NCBI GenBank assembly: GCA_964016885.1
Contig: OZ024756.1
Location: 34,472,001-34,536,000 of the forward strand
Direction: 5' to 3'
Source: Eledone cirrhosa
Taxonomy: Eukaryota
Length of the DNA stretch: 64,000 nt
Every line of letters begins with the position of its first letter. Within the stretch, counting starts at the first letter, position 1. Position numbers and translations under genes: made by a program. The notes beneath the pieces were generated by a model. The model saw only the letters and a program-made list of their open reading frames with translations. It was not told the origin of the DNA and ran no database searches. Below are positions 1 through 40,793 of the stretch, in pieces.

Positions 1-322
1 AATTTAACTAACTTAACTTGTCCAACCCATGCAAGCATGGAAAAACGGACATAAAAAGGCGATGATGATAAAGGTTTAAAAATAAACAGTTTTGTATCAT
101 AGAACCAGGGGTGGTTTCAGGTAGTTTGGTATCAAAATGGTAAACCATTGTAACAATTTGTGTGATAGAACCAGGGTTTGTTTCAGTCAGTTTTTTTTTG
201 TATCAAAGAGGTAGTCCTCTGTAACAGTTTTGTATCATAGAACCAGGGATGGTTTCAAGTAGTTTGGTATCAAAAGAGTTAATTATTGTCTTTAGTTTGT
301 ATTTATATGTTTATCATTTCAG

Positions 323-2666
323 GTCCAGCAAGAATCCAAAGAAAAAGCTAAATATCGAGGCCCTGTCGACTGTTTACGTAAACTGTATCATGAAGGGGGC
401 ATACGATGGATTTATAGGGGCACAATGGCAACCTTTGTCAGAGGTTCGTTAGTATTGTTTGTGGTGGTTGTAGTGATAGCTGTGGTGTTGTTGTTGTTGT
501 TGGTGGTGGTGGTTGTAGTGATAATTGTTGTGTTGTTGTTGTGGTGGTGGTGGTGGTTATGGTGATAGTTGTGGTGTTGTTGCTGATGTTGGTAGTGGTG
601 GTAGTTGTGGTGTTGTTGGTATTGTTTTTGTTACTAGTGGTGTTGTTGATGTTATTATTGGTGGTGGTTGTGGTGTCACTGACATCTAGTCATAAAAAAC
701 CTCACTCAATCTCTCATTGATGATTTCCATTATTATTTACAGATATACATGGATCAGGATTCTACTTTATGACTTATGAGTATATGCGACATCTTCTATC
801 TGAAGACAATAAAAGGTAATGTTTCTGTTAACCCTTTCAGTGCCAGTGACATTGTTTTTATTTTCGGTATTTTGGAATAATTTTTCATATTTTTAGACCC
901 ATGCCAGGATTATATGTCAATTTTTCATTTTTTCACCCTAACTACAAAGCCACATGGCGTCACTATGAGTGTATGTGAGTGCATCTAAGTGTGTATATAT
1001 AAATACATGTATATATATACATGTGCATATATATACATGTGTGTATAAATACATGTGTGTATATATATATATGTGTATATACACATGTGAATGTATAAAC
1101 ACATGTGTATACATACATGTATGTATACATTCATGCATGTATATATACATATGTGTGTATATATACATGTTAATATACAGACACATGTGTTTATACATGT
1201 GCGTGTTATATATACACGAGTATATATATACATTTGTGTGTATACAGACACATGTATGCGTTTAAATGAAAGTACATCTCTTTATTGTTCGTCTATATAA
1301 CAGATGTGAAACTCTGAGTCCCCTCAAAACTCTATTGGCTGGTGGTGTGGCAGGACTGGTCAACTGGACACTAGCCGTACCTATGGATGTTGTTAAAACA
1401 AGGATACAAATAGGTAAGATAATAAACCACACATGTATAACTGTGTGTGTGTCTGTCTGTCTTTATATGTGTCTTTGCATATGTGGGTGTCTGCCTGTAT
1501 CTGTATACATCTCTATGTGAATGTGTGTCAATATGTATGTATATCTCAAGAAATCCCAGTAGAAGGAAGACGCAGTAGAGGTAGACCACGAAAAACATGG
1601 GCGAAGGTGGTGAGAGCAGACCTGAGATCGCTGAAACTCACGGAGGAGATGACAAAGGACCGTGACAAGTGGAGAGATGCTGTGCTGAATAGGACCCATC
1701 CAACCCTTGCAAGCAGGGAAAAGCAGACGTAAAATGATGATGATGATGATCTCCATGTGTATGTGTGCATATATTTCTATGGATATGTCTATGTGTGTAT
1801 ATCTCTCTGTATATGTCTGTGTGTCAGTATGTATGTCTATATCTCAATGTGTGTCAGTATATATCTCTATGTATATGTCTGTCTGTGTCAGTGTATGCCT
1901 ATATCCCTATGTATATGAATATCCATGTATGAGTGTATGACTGTCCATGTATGTAGTATACAGATTCCAATATATTCCATTAGTTATCCGACATTATTTC
2001 CTGTTTTGTGAAGCTCCCTTAGAAAGTCGGTTCCTAACAGTTAGTGGTGCCTTCAAGGAACTATGGCAGGAAGGTGGAATCAGAGCCTTATATAAAGGAA
2101 CAACACCAGTTTTGACAAGAGCTTTTATAGGAAATGCTGTAAGTATACACACACTTTTATTGTTTTCCTATTCTCAAGAGTGTATATATACTGTTTATAT
2201 TATCCTTCTGCATGTATGTATGCTGTATATATTGTCCTTGAGAATTTGGATATACCCTCAAGAATTTCTGCTTCCACCCTATTATGAGATCTGAAGATCC
2301 CATAATAGGGTGGAAGCAGAAATTCTTTGCTTAAACTTCAATCTGTACTAATAATAAATATTTGCTCTATGGGTTTATATATATACAACCTCTATCGAGT
2401 CCTCTTCAGATTTTGGTCTTCATAATTATTATTACTATATATATATAAACCAAGGGGGTACTGAAACCAATAAAAAAAATGTTTTTCTTTGTACAATTAC
2501 AATTTTAACCCAATTTCAATATCAACCAATATTCCAATATTTCTATATTTCATTTGTTTGCTTTTTTTTCATTTATTCTGCCTATTTCTGTCTTATATTC
2601 CAGGCCTGTCTTTTCACCTACGAAGTTATAGTCACCATTTTAAACACTGTTCTTCCCAGTCTCTAA
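323..2666 (+). CDS. Mitochondrial carnitine/acylcarnitine carrier-like (divergent SLC25A20 paralog), 3' five exons; 5' part lies outside the window
   Basis: AG/GT-bounded, phase-compatible exons: 323-443 (VQQESKEKAKYRGPVDCLRKLYHEGGIRWIYRGTMATFVR), 743-815 (DIHGSGFYFMTYEYMRHLLSEDNK), 1304-1413 (CETLSPLKTLLAGGVAGLVNWTLAVPMDVVKTRIQI, with carrier signature PxDxxKxR), 2014-2138 (APLESR...EGGIRALYKGTTPVLTRAFIGNA), 2604-2666 (ACLFTYEVIVTILNTVLPSL*). Exon sizes 121/73/110/125/63 match exons 5-9 of the SLC25A20 at 46-54 kb. AATAAA at 2702 and 2790. Confidence 0.92.
1550..1750 (+). mobile_element. RTE-clade LINE 3' fragment
   Basis: EIPVEGRRSRGRPRKTWAKVVRADLRSLKLTEEMTKDRDKWR (RTE C-terminal GRPRxxW...DRxxWR motif), followed by a short tail and (GAT)n. 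Confidence 0.8.
2260..2327. repeat. Hairpin/palindrome with 33-bp arms and one mismatch
   Basis: AAGAATTTCTGCTTCCACCCTATTATGAGATCT-GA-AGATCCCATAATAGGGTGGAAGCAGAAATTCTT. Confidence 0.9.
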
Positions 2667-5170
2667 CAACAAACACTTACATTGACATCATTATCTCAGA
2701 AAATAAAGGTTTACCAAAGCCAAAGAGAATCACTGCACAGAATTACTTGATTTTATTGTATTGTCCTCTATATGTCGGCCCTTGTGGCCAATAAATGACA
2801 CCATTATTATTATTATTATCATTAGTCTTATTTTTATTACATGTCACTGCATTACTGAGCATAGCTCTGTGTGCCTTGGATATGTGCAGTGTGTGGTTTT
2901 TATTGTATTGAAAATATTCTTCACAGTATGTGTGCAGTGCTTTGTAGTACTATTTTCTGTATGCTGTATATATTTGTAAGTCCTGGGGTTTTGTCAGACA
3001 AAATGTTTTAACAACAGTAGAATGCTTGTCAGGCAAAGGTTCAGGAGGACCCTTCAGTGGTATCAAGGACATGACAGCCTCCCTAATGTGGGTGATTTAC
3101 ACCATAAACACACCCAATACATGCTGTAAAGTGGTTGGTGATAGGAAGGGCATTCAGCCATAGAAGTCTTGCCAAACAAAGGGTTGGCAAGACCCTCAGT
3201 TGTGTCAAAGGCATGACAACCTCTCCTGAGCACTCGATAGTAGGTGAGACTGTACATAAGCACACAGGTCCCTGGCCTGCCTGGGAGACCAGTGGCTCTG
3301 CTTCAGAACTGAATTGGTCTATAAGGACTCATCCAACTCTTGCTAGCAGGGACAGCAGACGTTAAAACGACAATGATTATATATATAAAAATGACAGGCT
3401 TTACTCACAAGACCATTGGTCAACCCGAGGCTATAATAGAAGTCACTTACCCAAAGTGCAATGCAGTGAAGTTGAACCTGAAACCACAGGGTTGTGAAGC
3501 AAACACCTTACCCACACTACCATACCTGCACCTACTATATATATATAATGCTTCAACCTGTTTTCTGTAGTTTAACTACACACACACACAAAAACACTTA
3601 TTTTCTCGTTCTTTTTTCCCCAGACCATCATCATCAACACCACATAATCACCACCACCACCATTCAAAATATTCAATGATAACAATTGAAGTGGTGTTCC
3701 ACTCCATTGGCTGGCGCCCTTCAAACAAGGAAACATTTAATCTATGTAATTACCCCTTACCCATCACCCTTTACATACACTATGTATAATTACCTCCCTT
3801 CACCATCACTCTTTTATATAACCCCCACTTCTATCTGTCACCCTTCCTATTTTTATTATTATTAATAATAACAATGACGCTTTCTTCTTTCTTCCTCAAT
3901 TTGTATAATTCTCAAACATAAACATGATTCAAGTTAAATGCTATTTACGAAATGAATTCAATTATGTGAATTTCCCCCATCCCCAATCCTCCAAATTGGT
4001 GGAACTGTTCAGACATTCTGTCTAGACACACCAGTAGTTAACCTTGTTTGCAATGGTGTCACAAGGTCATTCACCCTTTTGATACCAACACACCTGAAAC
4101 TAACCTTGGTTTTACAATACCAAGCTGTTTATGTTAAAGTATTTATAATTATCCAAATACCTTCCATTATAATTCTACTTTAGAATCTCTAAGTTATGTT
4201 CCAAACAGCAACTTAATAACATCCATAAAAATTCTCAATTATTTTCAAAATTATTGAAAATCATAGGCAGTGTATTCCATTAGATATATAGTAACAGAGT
4301 TAAATTGGTTATATTTATCTAAAAACCTTCCATCATAATTTCATGTGAGAACCTTTAAATTAGGCTCCCAAATACCACTTGATGTAATCAATTACTCCTC
4401 CCCCTACCCCATAATAGAGGTGCCCCAGCATGGCCTCTGTCCAATTACTGAAAACAGTTAAGAGATTCAGTGAGTAGAGACACTTCAATTTCTAGAACCA
4501 CTGCTTCAGTTTTCCTGCTGTGTTGTTGAACAAGGAACCAATAATTGTTAAAATACAAAGATGAGAAGTAAAAGGCTAGGTTTTGTCAAGACTGGCCATA
4601 GGTTATACATTCATGATGGACTGAACATGGATTAATCTCCCCAAGGCACAAGCCTGAGCAGGGTGTTTCATGGAAGACCAACAGTCCTCTCCTCTCTCCA
4701 CAACACTGATGTTGTCCAATTGAAAGGCAGAGGTTGACACAACTTGGTTGCAATTGTGGCCACAACTTATTTTCTTCACCTAAGTGGATGGGAGCAACAT
4801 TAAATAAAGTGTCTGGCTCAAGGACTCAATATGCTGCCTGATCCAGGAATCAAGCTCATAACCTTACGATCATGAATCCAACACCCTAAAGCATGAGTAA
4901 GGAATAAAATAAATATTCAAAAAGAAATAAAGACAAAACAATGATATTTAGATTTTTATTCAATTTATGAACCCTTTTGATACTGATACACTCGAAACCA
5001 TCCATAGTTCTATGGATAGAAAACTGTTTGTTTTAAAATGTTCATATTTAAACTTTCCATTATGATTTTATGTAACAACATTTGCAAAGTAATGTTCCAG
5101 ATACCAACTTAATAACAAGACAGTTAATTATTTTACCAAGACCCTCCAAATTTTTTATTATATACAAACT

Positions 5171-5531
5171 TACCGTATATACTCGAATATAAGCCAACCC
5201 CCTATTTTATGTCTGAGAAATGGACAAAAATCCAAACACCGTTTATAAGCCGAGGCAGCTAATTAACACATTATGGTGCTGTTTTGAAATTTTCATGTTT
5301 ATATGTCTCACTCATATAAACATCTCCCAACAATGGTTTTGAACACAGAAGACAGAACAGAGGTTATTACAAATTATTGGAATAACTAATATTGGAAGAA
5401 TCTGTGATACTCTTCAGGGAAGTAATTCTTCAGAATAAAAGGATATATTGATAATAAACTATACAGACTGTTTCATAGTCAGATGTTTATATGAGTGAGA
5501 TTAACTTAATTTCTGTCTGTCTGGCTTATAC
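5171..5531. mobile_element. Degenerate Tc1/mariner-pogo (Tc2-like) non-autonomous element
   Basis: Left end TA-CCGTATATACTCGAATATAAGCC, internal TATAAGCCGAG repeat, inverted GGCTTATAC at 5523-5531; the right terminus is eroded. Confidence 0.5.
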
Positions 5532-6501
5532 CCCCCCCCCCCCCCCCATGAATAGAGTTCTTTTGGGGCTTAAATTTAATATATAATATTGCTTCTTTGA
5601 GTGATATCTTATCTATGTATTTCATCCATTCATTGAGATGTTTAAGTATTAGAGATGAATAACATTTTAATTAATTACATATATATATGATAAAGTTATA
5701 TCTGTATAAATATAGAGTGTGTAACCGAGCCTGCACCAACGTGTATAAATATATAAACATATCAAATGTTTCGGCATGTATATATATATATATATATATA
5801 TTATTATTATGTATGTGTGTGTGTAAATATATAAATTAGCTCTTTTAGAATAATGGTTTCCAGAGGTTACAACATAAACAACAGAAAATCAAACTGTTGA
5901 ATTCTCTTGGTTCTGAAAGAAAGAAAGAAAGAGTAAATTACAGATTGACTAAAGATTGATTAAATTATTGGCTGTAATTTAAAACAGCATGCAGGAGTCT
6001 AAACAAAAGGGCAATTTAACCCTTTAGCATTTAAACCAGCCTTATCCGGCCAGAATTCTCTCACCTCTTTCTGTTCAAAGCGGTCATAACTGGTCACTCA
6101 TACTGATGTTAAAGTATTGTTCTCAAAATAAATAATATCAAAATCTCATAGATTCGATATTATGTAAGATAATTATGTGAGGTAAAGCCTTTACCGTGAA
6201 AACATAACAGTATATATAGAGTAATGTAAATGTTAAAGGATTAACCTAAAAAGAAATGTTTTGCAAACCTAAAAATGGAGAAAGGTAGCTTTGCTAAAAT
6301 CAATTTTTTGTTATAAAGATCCTTTATATATATATATATACCAGGTGTGCTTTCCAAACCCCTTTTTTATTATAATTTTCCTTATATAACATGATCTGTA
6401 TAGAACGTTTTCTAACGTCCACCTTTTTTTCACTATATATATATATATATAGAGAGAGAGATAAGATTTCTTACTCACCATAATGTCTTAGCTGTGTATT
6501 T

Positions 6502-34203
<27,702 letters not shown>

Positions 34204-34759
34204 TTTTAATATTTCAATATATTCTTTATGGTTTCTGTGAGAAAAATTTAAACATATATTTTATTTATTGATATATTACAACATAAATAGAAAATAACTT
34301 GAAAATGCTATCTAAAACATGTTTGATTTTTTAGTCTTGGTTTGGTCCAATAGCAACCAACAACATATACTTGGTGGTCACATATTGCAGCTCACACCTG
34401 TATAGGTTTAGCTGGCCTCCTACAAGACTGCATCACATAGGAAGTTTCTTGGATGTTTTAATGACATGGGTCCCAGTCCTAACATATTGTTGCTGTCTCA
34501 GTTCACACCTATGTAGGTCTAGCTGGCCTCCTACGGGGTTGCATTGAGTGTTTTAATAATAGAGTGATTATGATTACGGAGTGGACTGAGTGTTTTTGTT
34601 GTTGTGCTACCAGCACTATCACTGTACATGGTAACCTATATTTATGTGGCATTAGCACTGTGGAATGTTTTACAGATTCTTATTCAAAATATAAAAATCT
34701 GAAAACTATTTAAAAAATAAATAAACATAAAACATAATAAAGGAATTAGAGAAAAGCTT

Positions 34760-34878
34760 ACTTTCAAGGAAGCCTGCGCAGTGCATGCTACATGTGAATG
34801 GAGTTCCACTAAAGCAGGTAGAGTAGTTCAAATACCTCGGGGCCGTGTTCACAAGTGGTGGAAGGCAGGAGGCTGATA
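34760..34878 (+). mobile_element. Degenerate LINE reverse-transcriptase fragment
   Basis: LSRKPAQCMLHVNGVPLKQVE*FKYLGAVFTSGGRQ: RTE-type VExFKYLG motif with an in-frame stop. Confidence 0.7.
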
Positions 34879-35249
34879 CCAAACCACCTGAAAACACTCC
34901 TGGTACTATGATACTAAACAGTTTATTTTAAAGTGTTTATATTTATCTAAAAACTTCCATCATAATTATATGTAAGAACTTTTGTTATGTTCCAAACACC
35001 AACTGAATTATTTCTAAACTGTCGACCCTGTACTTTATTTTGTCGATCCAGGAAGGATGAAAGGCAAAGTTGATCTCGAATGTACAGAGCCCTATCGACA
35101 GTAAAAAAAAAAAAGTTGTAAGATAAAGTCAGGGAAGGATATATCCTCTTCTTTCACAATTCGAGATGAGAAAACGAAAATATTTCATCCGATTCACCGT
35201 AATTGTTGTGATTATAGACGCGAGAAGAACATCAATAAGAATTGCTCCG

Positions 35250-35312
<63 letters not shown>

Positions 35313-35559
35313 TCACATGCACACACACGTATCGACGAGGGAACCATAAAACAAACGAATATTTAATATTGACATTAAATCAATTATGAAAGGACGAAAA
35401 GGGAAGTCGATAACAGGATCTGAACTCAGAATGTAAAGGGCCGTAAATAAATGGGTTAATGTATGTTGTACGACACTGCCATGACTGGTTAACAGAAATA
35501 AAATATATTTTCATATATATAAATATATTTATATTATATATATAAACAAATAGATGCGA

Positions 35560-35730
35560 AATATCTTATATTGATGTGTCAATGAATTTGCGACGGACGC
35601 CACGTGATAATGTCCTCGTGACATAAACAACCAATCAACACGTATTTTCTATAATACCCGCGTTAATTAAATGTGTAACTAAGTCTTTCTATTAATTTAC
35701 TCTCTCCTACAATTTTAAATACGGTAGAAA
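35560..35730. promoter_or_regulatory. Probable bidirectional promoter for HDAC (-) and CHTF8 (+)
   Basis: The two start codons are about 1.5 kb apart, head-to-head. Local CpG retention, E-box CACGTG at 35601-35606, CCAAT at 35631-35635. Confidence 0.55.
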
Positions 35731-38700
35731 ATGGTCCAAATATTTATAAAAATGTAAGTGTTTTTAAATCAAATGTTCTGAATTAGTGTATAAGCTAATT
35801 ATATATATATTGCACCTGTTTCTGTATGTGTTTTGTTTGTTGCTTATAGTCTGTTCAATGATAAAACTATACAAAAAATTATGTCGTAGACATTTGTGTA
35901 TGTTTTAGATGTCTAAAAGGCTCTTCTGCATTGTAATTACGCCAGTTTCCGATGAAATCATTTGCTAGAAAAATGCAACTCTAAAATTTCTATAAAGTTA
36001 TATAGAGTGCTTGCGATCTGCGTCACTAACACAGTGCCACCTAGGACTTCATTGTTAAATGTGTCCTTCCTTTTCGAAGATCAAGGGTGGTATTTTGAGA
36101 GAGAGATTTGGCTCTTATGTTGCCTCTTTCGTTTGATAGTTAAATTATTATCCGCTTCAGTAAAATGATTGTGTTTAATATGTTTGTAATATAAAGCCTG
36201 GCTGCGATTCGTGTTGACTTAGTCTTTCTATTCTTCCGTAACAGATAAAATAAATACCAGTTAGATCCTGTGATCGATCGTATCCCACCCGGCCATATGT
36301 TAATGTTAAAAATCAATATTTTGTAAAACAAGGATAGTTAAAGAACAATCGGACAAAATGTTTTGCAATATTTTGTTATTTAGCACCTCGTCAGGCCTGT
36401 GATCAAAGGTGATCTGAGCTTCGGTTGTATAACCAATCACTAGATCCCTCAAACACGTCAGTCTGTCACCCCACTGCAGCAAAAAAGAAAAAATAATAAT
36501 AGACTGGCCTCTTGTCCCTGCGGGGTTCCTTAGCTTTCAGCCTTATGAATAAATATGGCCTTGATCTTAGCCGTTGTATATACACATATATATTACTATT
36601 TTATCCAGGGAAACGTGGCTTTTATTTCTAGTTGGGCGAACGATTTTGTTGTAAAATAAATTGGTTAATAATAAATATTAAATATTTAGAAACATTGAAT
36701 AAACATAATTTGTTCTGCCGATGAAGCAAAAAAAAAAAAAATCTTGAGTTAAAGATGCTTAGCTAGTTAAATCGAACGAATATATAGCAAGCTTAATGGA
36801 TCTTTAATTAACTAATCACCCCAAACATTATGAAATATTAATATTCTTCTGTTCTAATTACATTCACACCTAGAATGTTTTATAGCAATGTTATTACACT
36901 TTTCTGGTATTAACGGTATAAAAAGAAAGTTTGTCTTTAGTAATTACGGGAAGTACATATATCTAAGAGAGACTTGGTAACAAGTCGAAACGGAGACGTG
37001 CCTTCCGTTGTCACAATACCATATATATATATATATATATATACAATTGTTTCTACTTTTGGCACAAGGCCAGCTATAACCCAGTGCATTACTGGTACTT
37101 TATTTTATCGACCCCGTAAGGATAAAAGCAAAGTTAACTTCGACGGGATTTGAACTCAAAATGGCAAGGGCCGTAATGTATATAATTATTGTATGGATTA
37201 CTTTGTTAACTATGCAACCGAATTGAATTATATTTTTACTATCATTTTAGACATGTTTAATATATAATAAATTATACTTTTTTTCAAAGGAAAATATTTA
37301 TTGTGATAAAACAAATATATAAGATTAAATAGAATTACATACATATCAATTAATTATTGCAAGGAACCTTATAAATATAATGGTTTCTTATATAGACACA
37401 AGACCAGCAATTTTGGGGGAGGGGAAAGTCGATTAAATCGACCCAGTGCATGACTGGTACTTTATTTTATCGACCCCTTAAGGATGAAAGGCAAAGTTAA
37501 CCTCGGCGGGATTTGAACTCAGATCATAAATATAATACACAAAAATATGTAATCAAAGCGAAAGAAAAAAACCCATCAATTCAATATTAAGTGCGTCAAT
37601 CGGTCACACACCACAAGAATCATCGGAAATGTTTGAGGCAAGCCAACACGCTCGCAGCACTACCGTGGGTGATGGCGAGGCTAAGGCGCAGAAACAACCA
37701 AACACCCTCACGGACATCACCTGACACCTCAATAAGGCGAGCCGCTAACGATGAGAAAAACTTCGCTGTCAGCTGCCCAATTCCTTCGATGGAAGAATTG
37801 GTTTACCGATAAATCCCGATACTTTAATTAAACTTATTTAAATCTTCGTATGAATTATTGACAGAAGATAAACATAAAGTGTTTAACAGCAGCAGTACAT
37901 AAAATTCGCTAAGTGGAATATTAACAGGTGTGGGTCGATATAATCGTTAATGTCAGACATGCTTTGTGGTATTTAGTTACGATCCTTTATGTTCTGAGTT
38001 CGAATCCCACGGAGGTTAAAATTGTTTTGCATCCTTTCGGGTTCGACAAAATAAAATACCAGTCGAGTACTAGGAAGGATGATTTATTTATCACCATCGT
38101 ATAATGGAATTATAATAGGAGACTAATGCACTGGGTAATTGCTGGCCTTGTGCCAAAAGTATAAACAATTATTAGATGTAACAAACAGTTTGTTTGCTTG
38201 TTTGTTTTTTACCTTCAAGTACTTACCTTGTGTGCTTGTCTGCTGGTTCGGACGTGTTCGCGATAAAATCAACTGTGAATCTCTTTTCTCTCACTCTCTC
38301 TGTTATTTGGTCGTGTTCCTCTGAAATTAGATCAAATATACTACCACTACCACCTATTTAAATATCTGACGCTGTAATTATCTCGACTACATATAGTTTG
38401 CACAGACACGAATCGCCCTCATGGCTCAATATTTCTCTTTTGTCAAGGATAATCGTCTCCCTTGCTCTGTTGTGGAATCGCATGATAGCTGAGTTACACA
38501 AAACTTGGAGCGTAGATTCTTCCACGCTGGTGTTTGGCCTTGAAGAGTTTTCCAAGACCAGGATCAACAGCTCGTTCTTTCCATCACCATATTTATTTTT
38601 CTTCTTCATAAATATGTTCATGGAGGCGGTTTGTGTATTGAATTCTTGATCATAAGGTCGTGGGTTCGATTCTTGAGAAGACATTACATTTTATGTCACC

Positions 38701-40759
38701 TTTCATGATAGGCATGAGTTGAATGGGTTGTCATAGTCTAAGAATGGACAAGATCCAGAAGATCACGTCTTGTTTGTACACTGCATTTTTGGCATGATTT
38801 CTACAGCTGGATAACCTTCCTAGTGTCAACCACCTTACTGGGTGTATTGGGTGCATTTCATCGTGGCACCGACACTACTACTTCAGAGTGTACTGGGTAC
38901 ATTTTATGACACCAGCACTTCCACTTTACAGAATGTACAGGGTGCTTCATATCAGTCATTTTGTAAGATGGTCAAAAATCTACTTGAAGACCAGGAGGAA
39001 TTTCAGGTGTTTTGGCATCAAAGAGGTTAATAAACATATCTAATTGTATGCAGAGATATAAACAAATATATACATTTCGTGTAGGTGTCACGACAAAAAA
39101 CACACAGTCCACGCTGTAAATGTGGCCGTGTAGGCAACACGGTAAAAACCTCCCAGCCCCACACTGTAAATGTGGTTGGTGTTAGGAAGGGCATCCAGCT
39201 GTAGAAAACCCGCCAGACAGTCCACGCTGTAATGTGGCCGTGTAGGCAACACGGTAAAAACCTCCCAGCCCCACACTGTAAATGTGGTTGGTGTTAGGAA
39301 GGGCATCCAACTAGAAAACCCGCCAGACAGTCCTATGCGAGCAAGACAACCACTCTTGCCTCAAGTGGGAAAACCCCCGTCCAAACCCATGCAAGCGTGG
39401 AACACGGACGCTAAACCTGATGATGATGATGATGATGATGACAGCAAAATATTCATAGATACAGATAAAACTTGACTTAATTTTGGTGACACGCCTAAAG
39501 ATTATCGGCTACACACAATAATGTCATGACACCTTCAGATTATTGGCGACACACCAGTGTCGCGACATGATTTGGGAGCCTCTGGTCTATAGTGATAAGA
39601 TCTTATCATTATTGTATCCTCTCTGTCTCTCGAAAGGGAGGAGTGTGAAGCTGTATATGAGGTTTAATGCAAGACAAAATGGTGTGTAGATAGGTGGTTA
39701 GCTATTATAGAGAGTTTGTAATCAGAAACTGGGTTTGGCCTGGGATGATTGAGACTTGTCTGAAGATCTTGAGAGAGAGGAAATTGGGGAGGGGAACTCA
39801 GTGGAAACACTGCTCTATAGCAGGCATGGGCAAGCAGTGAGCTTAATGAGATATGGCTTGTGATAAGGCAGGCCATACTACTAGGAAAATTCAAGGTAAT
39901 TTTGATATTAGGCATGCCATTCAGAAAGCCAAAAAAGGCTGCAGTTTGACCATAGCTGTTTTATAGCATCCTATATGTGTGTGGAGTTTTACACTGTAGA
40001 AACACTGCTCTGTAACATCCTACATGTGAGTGGAATTTTACACTGTAGAAACATTGCTCTATAGCATCATAGATCTGAGTGGGGTTTAACACTGTAGAAA
40101 CACTGCTGTATAGCATTCTAGATGTGAGTGGAGTTTTGCACTGTAGATACACTGCTCTATAACATCCTAGATTTGAGAGGAGTTTTACACTGTAGGAACA
40201 CTGCTGTAGAGCATTCTAGATGTGAGAGGAGTTTTACACTGTAGGAACACTGCTGTAGAGCATTCTAGATGTGAGTGGAGTTTTACACTGTAGAAACATT
40301 ACTGTAGATATAAGTGAAGTTTTACACTGTTTTATAGTATCTTAGATGTGAGTTTGGTTATAATAAGAGCTTACCATTTCTTTATTTAGGCCAATAGGAA
40401 GACATTCTGCTTACACTGCAAGCTGTTACCAAATACACTCATGTATTATTCAATTTCTCTCCTAAGCACCACCCATCCCACCATGCCCACCACCTATTTA
40501 CAGATGTCAGCTACCCTTGCTCCCCTCCACCAACCCCATCTATATATCTGTGTGTGTGTAGATATAGTATCTATCCACTTATCTATTTATTCCAACAAAC
40601 TAAATTTATGAAGAAAAATGTAAATTTATATTACCCTGCCCAAGATAACAAATACACACACATAATTATATATAATTGATGATTATGATAAACAAAGTTG
40701 AGAATAATATCTCTTTATTAATGTCTAACTATATATATATATCTGTATGTATGTGTGTG

Positions 40760-40793
<34 letters not shown>

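Noticed and set aside
2700-6478. HDAC6-type ZnF-UBP exons downstream of the deacetylase domains
   Set aside because: The stop at 6502-6504 is in frame and no Cys/His-patterned exons were seen; the region is SINE, MITE and UTR-like.
35129-35347. Upstream coding exon for the HDAC (MSGAILIDV...)
   Set aside because: The candidate donor at 35197 is phase 0, but exon 34193-34234 needs phase 2 to stay in frame; no homology recognised.
37591-38684. ORFs of 73-108 aa in CHTF8 intron 1 (and 9321-9563 in an HDAC intron)
   Set aside because: No recognisable domain or consistent splice signals; probably decayed transposon pieces.
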